A stretch of 64,000 bases of DNA from a virus (lineage: Duplodnaviria > Heunggongvirae > Uroviricota > Caudoviricetes): the IMG/VR virus record IMGVR_UViG_3300042564_004737; one strand, given 5' to 3'. A program made the translations under genes and the position numbers. The notes beneath the pieces are model-generated. The model saw only the letters and a list, made by a program, of their open reading frames with translations. It was not told the origin of the DNA and did no database searches. Below, one piece after another: positions 1 to 8,600 of the stretch; the stretch's first letter is position 1, and every line of letters starts with the position of its first letter.

Positions 1-560
1 CGACGCTCGTCGCCGTGTATTTCGCACACACGACCGTCTTCCAAGGCCAGTGTCTTGACCGGTGCTGATTCTGTGTAGATGGGTTCTTGAACCGGGGCAG
101 TGGGCATCTGAACAACAGGATCTTCTTCTGTTGGATTTTCTGCAACAGCAACAATCTGTTTGGCTATGATGCTGGAGTCTTTGGTATTTTTTTCTTTGAT
201 GTCACTGTCATTCTTGACTTTTTCTTTCAAGTCCGTGTCGTGTTTTTCCTCAGCAACACTGTCAAGATACTCGGCAAAAGATTTTTTAACTTTGTCTAAC
301 CGGTCTTCGATGGTGACCTCTTCTTCCAACACATCTTCTGGATTGTCTACACCTTCACCTGAGCCGACCATGTAGCTGCTGCCTGGAACTTTTTTATTGG
401 GGTTGCCGCCCAACACAGGACCCTGGCTGGGCATTTTGTACAGGGCCGGCATCTGCGGCACCGACTTTTGTTGAGCATTCAGCCCAGTTTTGACACTGGC
501 AGGAGTAATGCTGCCTTCAATCAAGGCCAGGCGTTGCATTATAGTGTAGATTTCGTCCAT
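1..560 (-). CDS. Acidic hypothetical protein, probably head/scaffold-associated (partial, runs off window)
   Basis: Not in ORF track. ATG at 560 gives MDEIYTIMQRLALIE-GSITP..., open to the window edge, E/D/K-rich with VAEE/VAEN linkers. Confidence 0.75.
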   Translation of the reverse strand, partial: MDEIYTIMQRLALIEGSITPASVKTGLNAQQKSVPQMPALYKMPSQGPVLGGNPNKKVPGSSYMVGSGEGVDNPEDVLEEEVTIEDRLDKVKKSFAEYLDSVAEEKHDTDLKEKVKNDSDIKEKNTKDSSIIAKQIVAVAENPTEEDPVVQMPTAPVQEPIYTESAPVKTLALEDGRVCEIHGDER

Positions 561-561
561 G

Positions 562-1002
562 TTACTCCCTAGCGTCCTTTAAGAAACTGCGCAATTGCCA
601 GGCATATTTGTTCTGCTGACTCAATCGTTCAGCCATGAAGTTGGCAATGTCCTGTTTGTTTTCAGCTTCTGCCTCAGCAAAGCAACTGTTTAACAGAGCA
701 ATCATTGGTTCACTGTCGGCCAGCAGTTCTTGTATCATCAGTTTGGCCCGTGGCACTTTTGTTTGATCTTGTATGATTGATAATTCAGCATAACGAGCAA
801 GACTGCCCGGGACGTATTCATCTAGACTGCGAATGTATTCGGCTATGGGATCCACGGCGCTGTAGGCATCTTCGTAGATTTTTTGAAAGAATTTGTGTAG
901 TTGTGCAAAGTCTGATCCTTCCACATTCCAGTGAAAGTATTGAGCTTTTAAATAGTAAGCAAATTGGCTTGCAAGCAAGGTTTTTAGTTGTTCAGTTAGC
1001 AC
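562..1002 (-). CDS. dps: Dps / ferritin-like DNA-protecting protein
   Basis: FHWNVEG..F.QLH.FF..IYE...D.IAEYIR ferroxidase signature, 146 aa. Confidence 0.9.
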   Translation of the reverse strand: MLTEQLKTLLASQFAYYLKAQYFHWNVEGSDFAQLHKFFQKIYEDAYSAVDPIAEYIRSLDEYVPGSLARYAELSIIQDQTKVPRAKLMIQELLADSEPMIALLNSCFAEAEAENKQDIANFMAERLSQQNKYAWQLRSFLKDARE

Positions 1003-1189
1003 GGCGTTTCTTTCCTTTTTTCATATAGCTCGGAGTATTGGGTGTTGGATCCGTTGTGTATTTACCAGAAAAGAAACTGCCACCAGTTCTTGTGATCGTT
1101 CCACCTAGCGGCATGGCCACAGGGGCAATGGAGCCAGCACTGGTGCTGCCTCCGGAGGCGTCTTCTTTGACGAATTCAGCTGCTCTCAT
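992..1189 (-). CDS. Small putative internal head protein
   Basis: MRAAEFVKE-D leader, Gly/Ser-rich body, basic tail KKGKKRR; overlaps neighbouring genes. Confidence 0.7.
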   Translation of the reverse strand: MRAAEFVKEDASGGSTSAGSIAPVAMPLGGTITRTGGSFFSGKYTTDPTPNTPSYMKKGKKRRAN

Positions 1190-1467
1190 CGGCTGATCCT
1201 TAATATATTGTTTTTAATTTTGCCTGTGCCATAATCCACACGCATGTTGTCAGCATGGATGACTGCTGTGTCTGTGTTGTCCAGTTGATATGTGATGGTG
1301 TATTCACCGGGCTCAGCTTCAATTTGCAACGCTTCTTCCAGATATTGATCACGCCAGATCCAGGTGCGTTCAGCAAACAATTCGTCGTCCACATACACAC
1401 GGTACACCGGCGGCGTACCTGTCCAGTCACAACTGACATCACACAATACACGAACAAACTGTTTCAT
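1186..1467 (-). CDS. Hypothetical beta-rich late protein
   Basis: 93 aa; TAAATA 4 nt upstream of ATG. Confidence 0.7.
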   Translation of the reverse strand: MKQFVRVLCDVSCDWTGTPPVYRVYVDDELFAERTWIWRDQYLEEALQIEAEPGEYTITYQLDNTDTAVIHADNMRVDYGTGKIKNNILRISR

Positions 1468-1471
1468 GCTG

Positions 1472-1477
1472 TATTTA
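1472..1477 (-). promoter_or_regulatory. T4-like late promoter core TAAATA
   Basis: ACTAAATACAGC-ATG. The same core recurs upstream of many minus-strand late genes. Confidence 0.65.
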
Positions 1478-1485
1478 GTAGCAGT

Positions 1486-1674
1486 TTACTGAACTTGTTT
1501 GATTGACCCGATGTGCCAATCTTGAATATTATATTGGGATTTAAAGATATTACGGGCTGTTGCTGCGTTGGGAGCCCAGGTTGTTACATCAACCAAAGAA
1601 ACATAGCGTGGGTTTTCAATACGGATCTTTGCAGTCCATAGTTTTGCTCCGCTGATGATTTCTTTGGCTTTCAT
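1486..1674 (-). CDS. Small hypothetical protein with MKAKEI leader
   Basis: 62 aa; TAAGTA (1680-1685) 5 nt upstream of ATG. Confidence 0.7.
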   Translation of the reverse strand: MKAKEIISGAKLWTAKIRIENPRYVSLVDVTTWAPNAATARNIFKSQYNIQDWHIGSIKQVQ

Positions 1675-1710
1675 ACTGTTACTTATGAGAATCTGCTGCG
1701 GCTGTGGGTG

Positions 1711-3249
1711 TTACAGTGCGCCCCAGGTACCGTCTTCTTTCTGTTGCGGTTTGCCAAGTCCGGTGTCCAGACCCATGCCTTTGGCTCGCATGCCTCTGAC
1801 AACTATGTTGCCATTGGGCAGGGTGATCTGTCGCTGTCCAAACGGCATGTGATATGCCTGCGGCCCGCGCTGACTCACAATGGTCTTGGTGTCAGGATTG
1901 ATTTCATACCAGTCGTCGTCGTTAAAATTGGTGGTGTGTGCTGCTTCCATCACATCATACATGGTTTGTACCATACCCGGTGTAAATTTGCGTAGATTGA
2001 TTCTGCGGGCCTCCAGCCATTTCTGCACATCAGGACGCTGAAAATCAAAAGTCTTGATTTCAGCGCCGCGATACTGTTGTTGTAGATTGGCCAACTGCTG
2101 TTCATCTTTTACTCGTGCATATACTTTTGTGCCCTCTGGCAATTTGGCGTAGAACAACATTTCTGGCTCGGTGTTTTCTGTCACACCTTCGTTTTTGGCT
2201 CGGCCTGATTTCATGTTGGCCAGCCAGTGTGCCAGTTGTCCCTTGCGTCCACCTTGCTTGGCAGTTTTGCGTAGACTGCTTACACTGGCCTTGGTGTTGA
2301 TACCGTGACGCTTGGCATCGCCCTTGTCTTGGGGATTTCGCCCATCAGCAAAGTTTTCCGCCACATCGTGTGGCCCCTTGCTGAGCTGTTTATATTGGTC
2401 AAGAATACCCTGAATATCAGTTGGTTTGCCGCCCAAGGTGATTTGAATCAAGCTACCGGGTGCTGTCTTTTTGATCTTTTTAATATCTTGTTCAATTGAG
2501 TATTTAAGAAAGCCAGGCTCAAGGTTAAACTCTCTAGCATCAAACACTACGCGAGTGTTGTCAATGGGCAAATTGCCTTTGGGATCAATTGCTTGTATTA
2601 TCACTTGGTTGGCCGGCTTTGACCGCCGCCAGGCTTCTCGTCGAGCCTCATGCGCAGCGATTCCTGCCTGACCCTCTGGAGAAGCATTATAACGGTCAAC
2701 GTCATTTTTGTATGCAACATGGATATCAGCATCAACATTGAATCCTTGGCCGTCAAGGTATTCATCCATGTCCTCTTGCACCATGGTGTCAACCATGCGG
2801 TATGCTTCTCTACCAGCTTCCATTCCACGATTGATAAAAGCATCTGCTACGCTGTTTATTTCTTCGGCATCACTTTGGTTTTGACTTGTTGTGTCCATGC
2901 CGCTGACGTCAACTAAATCAAACTCACCTTCAGCATACAATTTTGCCATTTCTTTTAGAGCTATACCATATGCATATGGTCCAGCACCTTCAGCTCCACC
3001 TGGTGCGAATTCGTTTAATAAGCCTTCCGCCACACCTTCTGACTTGTTGCCATAGTTGGCAGCACCTTTTTTGCGACACTGAACTAATCGACCGGATGCA
3101 TAGGCACTGGGCCATACTTTGGCCGATGCCTTGACCTTGTAGTAGCAGGCATCTTTTTTGCCCTCGCCTAGTTCTGAATATTCCACCACAGGTCCACCAC
3201 AGTGCGGACATTTTTGTTGTGATTCTGTAATGATATCATTTATGTTCAT
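1711..3249 (-). CDS. Modular putative internal head polyprotein (512 aa)
   Basis: Start corrected to MNINDIITE (ATGA overlap with upstream stop). Modules KKDACYYKVK...CRKKG and NFADG...LANMKSGR are separated by GVAE/DVAE/GVTE linkers. Confidence 0.8.
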   Translation of the reverse strand: MNINDIITESQQKCPHCGGPVVEYSELGEGKKDACYYKVKASAKVWPSAYASGRLVQCRKKGAANYGNKSEGVAEGLLNEFAPGGAEGAGPYAYGIALKEMAKLYAEGEFDLVDVSGMDTTSQNQSDAEEINSVADAFINRGMEAGREAYRMVDTMVQEDMDEYLDGQGFNVDADIHVAYKNDVDRYNASPEGQAGIAAHEARREAWRRSKPANQVIIQAIDPKGNLPIDNTRVVFDAREFNLEPGFLKYSIEQDIKKIKKTAPGSLIQITLGGKPTDIQGILDQYKQLSKGPHDVAENFADGRNPQDKGDAKRHGINTKASVSSLRKTAKQGGRKGQLAHWLANMKSGRAKNEGVTENTEPEMLFYAKLPEGTKVYARVKDEQQLANLQQQYRGAEIKTFDFQRPDVQKWLEARRINLRKFTPGMVQTMYDVMEAAHTTNFNDDDWYEINPDTKTIVSQRGPQAYHMPFGQRQITLPNGNIVVRGMRAKGMGLDTGLGKPQQKEDGTWGAL

Positions 3250-3533
3250 TTTTTCTTTCCTTTTGTACTGACATTTATTGCTGGGCCTGAACGATTGGCG
3301 TCGGGATCTTGTCTGCGTTTTCTGGCTGCTGCACTTGCACGACCTTTCTTGCCCAGTGCATGTGCTTTGGACTGTGGCAAACACTTGGGCTTGCCTTCAG
3401 ATTCTGACCCTCTAGCACAGTCGCCGCGTATCTTACCATCGGGACCAAAGCGTACCCATTTATCTTTGAACCAGTCGCGAAGATTTTCATTGACGTCCAC
3501 GCCGGAACCGAATGCAAATTCATACAGTCTCAT
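3246..3533 (-). CDS. Small basic Cys-containing putative internal head protein (95 aa)
   Basis: Start corrected to MRLYEF; VNE-NLRDWFKDKWVR...C...KPKCLP...RKRRQDP. Confidence 0.75.
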   Translation of the reverse strand: MRLYEFAFGSGVDVNENLRDWFKDKWVRFGPDGKIRGDCARGSESEGKPKCLPQSKAHALGKKGRASAAARKRRQDPDANRSGPAINVSTKGKKK

Positions 3534-3534
3534 G

Positions 3535-4320
3535 TCAGCAGTTCCATCTACGGCGTGCTTTGCATATGGCCTTGTCCGGAGTTTTAGCACAGCTGATGCT
3601 GTGCATTTTCATTTGACCACGGCTGCGGCTGCAATAGCTCTTACGACGTTTCGACGCCTTCGAACCTTTCTTTAATTTGCTGGGCTTGGTAGTTACAGCA
3701 GTCTTTAGTTTGGACCCGGGATTTTCTCTGCGATAAGCGTTGACAGCTTTCTGACTCATGCCGGCAGTACGATCCTTTTTGTTGGCCTTTTGCCAATCTT
3801 CCATGATTGGCGTAGTCACTGCAAACACATACAACTCATCATCTGTCAGTGAGTCGAGGTCTTCCCATATTGTCTCTGCATCTACCCCATTGCGATCTGC
3901 AAGACTGTCAATGATAGACTCTATTAGATCAAACTCTTCGTTTAGTTCCACGCGATCTGTTGCACTTACTCCTGTGCTGAGTTCCAGTATTCTTGCCAAT
4001 TCATCTTGATTTTCTGTCATTGCGGTCTCCTTTTCTTCGTTTTTAGGCACACAGTTGGGAACCATTTTGTTGCTTTTTTTCTTCATACCAACTTGTTTGT
4101 GTGTGTCCCAGCATGCTTCATCCAAGTTGTCCTGTGAATGATCGCCGTGTGTTTCACACAGGCCACACATTTCACACACCATTTCCATTTCTGCGCTTTC
4201 GTTTTGCTTCTTCTTTCCAGCGCAATGGGCCCGCTGACTAAAGCCCTTGGGATGACTGCAATTGATACTTTTTTTGTATTTTTGGCTCCAGCCTTCTGTG
4301 GTAAATTCTTTTGTTTTCAT
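3535..4320 (-). CDS. Modular putative internal head polyprotein (261 aa)
   Basis: MKTKEFTTE leader; basic Cys modules after Glu: GWSQKYKKSINC..., ACWDTHKQVGMKKK...NCVP, DWQKANKK...ARRRWNC. Confidence 0.8.
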   Translation of the reverse strand: MKTKEFTTEGWSQKYKKSINCSHPKGFSQRAHCAGKKKQNESAEMEMVCEMCGLCETHGDHSQDNLDEACWDTHKQVGMKKKSNKMVPNCVPKNEEKETAMTENQDELARILELSTGVSATDRVELNEEFDLIESIIDSLADRNGVDAETIWEDLDSLTDDELYVFAVTTPIMEDWQKANKKDRTAGMSQKAVNAYRRENPGSKLKTAVTTKPSKLKKGSKASKRRKSYCSRSRGQMKMHSISCAKTPDKAICKARRRWNC

Positions 4321-4775
4321 GTTCTTGCCAGCACAAATGGTTGATCGCTGCCAATGAACTCAAGATAGTTGTTCAAGGCCGCTGGGTATTTATCGGTGGG
4401 CACTAGTTCATATCCCTGTGCATGGCGCCGAATCATTGCGGTGTATGCACTGGATCTGCCGCCACCAGACTTGGCACTGAACGCTAGATACGGTGGTTTA
4501 TATTTTTTTGCATAGGTGTTGATAGCGTTGATCACAGTGGCCATTACTCGTCCTGCATCACCACGCCCAGTCATTTCATGTGTTCCGCCGCGAGTAAATG
4601 CTACATCAGTTACTTCACCATTGCCTGCAGGAGTAAACGATATGCCAATTTCTCTGCCGTCAGCATCTGTGGCCGACGCATGAATTTCACCTTGAGCTGC
4701 AAACTGCTGATCCCACTTTAGTGGAAATGCTGTGTCAAGATCAACTACTTCGTTTAAAAGTTCACTGGCTCTCAT
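4317..4775 (-). CDS. Putative head-packaged protein, alpha/beta domain (GNAT-like possible)
   Basis: MRASELLNE leader; TGRGDAGRVMATV...LAFSAK...RSSAY segment. Confidence 0.65.
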   Translation of the reverse strand: MRASELLNEVVDLDTAFPLKWDQQFAAQGEIHASATDADGREIGISFTPAGNGEVTDVAFTRGGTHEMTGRGDAGRVMATVINAINTYAKKYKPPYLAFSAKSGGGRSSAYTAMIRRHAQGYELVPTDKYPAALNNYLEFIGSDQPFVLART

Positions 4776-5659
4776 AGTCCAATCTTTCCTGGGTACATGG
4801 GTCCAGATTCAACTCGTTCGCCGCCATCAAAGTAACTGATTTGCACAGGCAGTTCTTTCCAACCCAGGGCAGCAGCAGCCATGATACGATGATTACCTTC
4901 GTTGACCCAAGCACTGCCATCGTAGGCCACATTGATAAAAGGCTTGTATTCTTCATTAGTAAAACTATGCAGTGGCAATTTGCCAGTGTCTTTCATTATT
5001 TTCATAATGGCTGCTAGATCCGCTTGTCGTACATTTTGCTGTTCGTTTCGCATGCCCGGTAGTCGCTTGAGTATATCCATGGATACCATTGGTTCAGGTC
5101 TAACAGTAGCAGTGGTCTTGCCCATGTAGGGCAACCCGTTGCGGTCGGGACTTTTTTGCTTGGCATACGCAATAGCATCGTCAAGCCATTCTTCGTTGGG
5201 TACATCAACTCTGAGTTCTTCCGCCAGCTCGGGGCTCCATTGCATTGCTTTGCCACCTTTGACAGTTGGAGAAAAGCCTTGTCCTCGGTAGAATTTGGTC
5301 AGTTTACTTTGGCTTACTTGTCCTTTGTCCCAGGGGAATAATGTAAGGCTGATTCCATCTTCTCGGGCCATGGCTTGCAGTTCTTTCATAGCACGACTGC
5401 CCACCCCAGACCGTAGCGGATACGCTTGAAACCATTTGACTTCAACTGCGCCACGCCGGCTGAAGCTAGGAGTTAATTCAAACATTGCAAACTGTTGGTC
5501 ATCTCCCGAGCCCCAGGTCATCACATGATTGTTCTGCATGGTTTGCGGATAACGGGCATACACCTTTTCAATCCAGGTTCGTGCCCGGGCTGCTGCTTCA
5601 GCACCACCAATCTTGATTCTTGCTGGTTCGTCTTCGTGTAAAAATTCTAGTGCTCTCAC
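4772..5659 (-). CDS. GNAT acetyltransferase + ParB/Srx-like domain fusion (295 aa)
   Basis: GTG start overlapping upstream TGA gives MRALEFLHE. GNAT motifs RSGVGSRAM and FYRGQGF; ParB-like WVNEGNHRIMAA. Confidence 0.75.
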   Translation of the reverse strand: MRALEFLHEDEPARIKIGGAEAAARARTWIEKVYARYPQTMQNNHVMTWGSGDDQQFAMFELTPSFSRRGAVEVKWFQAYPLRSGVGSRAMKELQAMAREDGISLTLFPWDKGQVSQSKLTKFYRGQGFSPTVKGGKAMQWSPELAEELRVDVPNEEWLDDAIAYAKQKSPDRNGLPYMGKTTATVRPEPMVSMDILKRLPGMRNEQQNVRQADLAAIMKIMKDTGKLPLHSFTNEEYKPFINVAYDGSAWVNEGNHRIMAAAALGWKELPVQISYFDGGERVESGPMYPGKIGL

Positions 5660-8600
5660 GACGGCTCCATGACTGGCACAACCGCAACTTCGATACCATC
5701 TTGGTATCCTGCACGAGCCAGCCATCCTGCTGCAACTCTGTTGGCATCTGCTTGTGAATTGCCAATGCCGCTGAAGGTGTGTAGTGTATTGCCTTGGCTG
5801 TCTTTGATTGCCCATGTGCCTCTAAATGTTCCACTAGCGGCAGATTGCTGTGCTGCTTGTTGACGTTGGCGTTGCAGATCCAGGGTGCTACCAGGAACAA
5901 AGTTCTGTTCTACATCTGGCTCAATGTCAATGACGCCGGGCACAGGTGTTGTGGCCACAGGACCTTGAATTGGTGTGTCAATTGGTGCGTATCTAAAGTC
6001 ATCTCTGCCGCCAGCTTCGGGACTCATCAACCAGTCAGTGAATTCAGCATTGGCCTGTGCTTGATCAGCAGCATAGAATGTGCCCACTGTTCTACCATCA
6101 GAGATTTGATAGATCTTGTAGTTGCTTTGTCCGGGCGTGAGTTCAGCATAGGTATCTTTGACCTTGTTGCGTTCCAGTTGTGCTTGTTTGATAAAACTCT
6201 TTAGTGCAGCCTTGGGCAATTCACCAGCAGCAAATTTAGCAAAATAACTCAAGGTATCATTTTGGTCTTTAGGCTTGAGTACAGTGTACAGCTTCTTCAG
6301 GTATTCGTCGCGATACTTTGCCGGATCCATGGCAGCATCTAATGCCACTACAAATCTCAACAGCGTGGTTTCAATCTTGTCAAAGTTTTCATTTAGCCAA
6401 TCGCCGCCGGGACTGCGAAACTCAATGTATCCAGTCTTGGTATTGATACTGGTATACTTGCTGGTCGTGCCGCTGTGTATAACTTTGGTGGCCAGTTCGC
6501 CCAGGCCTGTTTTCATTTTTTGCAACATGGCAGCAGCATCTTCGGGACGCTGAGCGATTCGCTCTTTGATCATGCCCATGGCGCTTTTGGCATAGGTGTT
6601 GCCGGTGCGTCCAAATTGATCCAGCACATACTGGTCACCCAGCAGCAGAGCTAGTTTAACATAGTCCAGTTTGTCGTTGTCAAAGCCCGGCACACTCACA
6701 TTGATGTGCAGGCCGGTTGAATCATTGGTGTAGCAGCCTCGTTGTTTGGCCCAGGCCCGGACCTTGTTTAGATCACTAATCATGTCGTCAACAGGCAAGG
6801 GCGGGCTCACAAACTCCAGTCCAGAATCGTTGCTGTCATCTGGTTCCAGGCTGCCGTCAGGCTCAACCACATAAGCATCGGGTTCGCGGCGGCCACCATG
6901 ATAGTTGGCAGACCAGTTTACCTTGCGACCAATGGCCTCACGGAATTCATCAGCAACTTCTTCAATGCTGGCGCCTTCGCTGCCAGGAGTGCTCCAATAG
7001 GGCCAGGAAATATCGTACTGACTCGAAACATCGCTCATTGAGCGAATGCCTTCACTTCTCAGCCAATCCTCTTCATGATCATCATTGTAATAGTCTTCTT
7101 GTGCATCTTCCTGCGCATCATTCAGCCAGGGATCCAAACCGTCTTCAATGACTTTTTCGGCAGCGTCCATGTAATCTTCAGGGCTTGCTCCACGATTTTC
7201 CAACGCTTCTGCTGCGGCTTCGTCCAGGCCCAATATTTCAGCAATGTCTGCCTCTGACCAATTTTCTTTGCCGTATCTAAACACAATGGTGTTTTTGTAG
7301 GTTTCAAAATACTCCATCCATGCATCGCCTAGCCATGTCTGATAATCTTCGCTCATGCTGTCACGCAGGCGTTGAATGTCTCTTCGACCGTTGAAGTCAC
7401 CGTCAAAAAAGAACTGCGCTGCATCTTCGATGCTCATGACATTTTCGTCGGCGTCGTAGTCGGGTTCCATATCCGCAGCATCGTCGCCGCCATCAGCACC
7501 GGGCACAATCATCTCAAATTCCATGCCAGCCATGGCGCCTGTTTGTGCTGCCAGTTTCTTTAGATTTGTGGGACTCATGTTGATTTCAAACAGGTCCTGA
7601 TCTTCATACAGTTTCAGTTCACGACTCAGGCGGTTGACTATATCACGGTGTTCAGTGTCATCTTCGGCCAGGTGTTGCTTCAACACATTCATCTGTTCGA
7701 TGCCGCCCCGGCTCAACTGAAACCCATTCATCCTGGCTCGTTCAATTCGTGTCTTTTGGCTGGGGTGACTGCTGGTAGGTGACTGTGTCAGAACATCCAA
7801 CAGTTGCAATTCTGCTTCGTTCTTGGCAATGAATTTGAATACTTCGGCCTTGTTGTAGCCCAGTGTCTTGCACAGGCGCACTGCGAACTCGTCTGCGTCT
7901 AGTTCGCCTTGCCGATACTGTGCAGCCACTCGTACTTGAGTCTTGTAGTCCGCTGACGCATCATCGGTACCAGTGGCATGTTCCAGGGCAATGTGTCCCA
8001 GCTCATGTGCTATGGTAAATGCCAAGGCCGCATCTGGAGCATCCCAGAACACCGAAAGATCAATAGTGATGGTGCGCGAAATTGCACTGGCCTGTGCATA
8101 ATTTTCACTTGAGACTACACGAATGGTAGTGCCTTTCAACAGCGGCGCCCATTTGGGGCCTGCTGCTGCAATCAATTGGCGCAGGATGTCTTGGCATCGA
8201 GTAGTGAGTTCTTTGTACCTGGGCACCCATACTTTGTTGAACTGGTCAGGATTGGTGTTTCCTAGGGCAGCAACATCCACAAAAGGTCCGGCTTTGGCCA
8301 CGCCCGGTACCGCAGCAGCCATTGCGCCTGCACCCAACGCTTTTAACGCAGCCCGGCGATCAACTTCGGACAAGTCATCTTCAGCCACATTGTATGTGGG
8401 GTCAGTCCGTTGCCGCTGCATGCGATCTTCACGCAGGTTGGCAGTCTTCATCAACAGTGCCGGCTTGCCTTGCGTGTCTGTGCGAAGGTTTAATTTGTTG
8501 GCTTCTCGACCTGTGGCACCAGGTTGTACATCTTTTGTAAGAGCCATGCTAAAGCGTGGATCTCTAGCTTGTTTTTTTGTTGGAATATAACCAGAACTTT

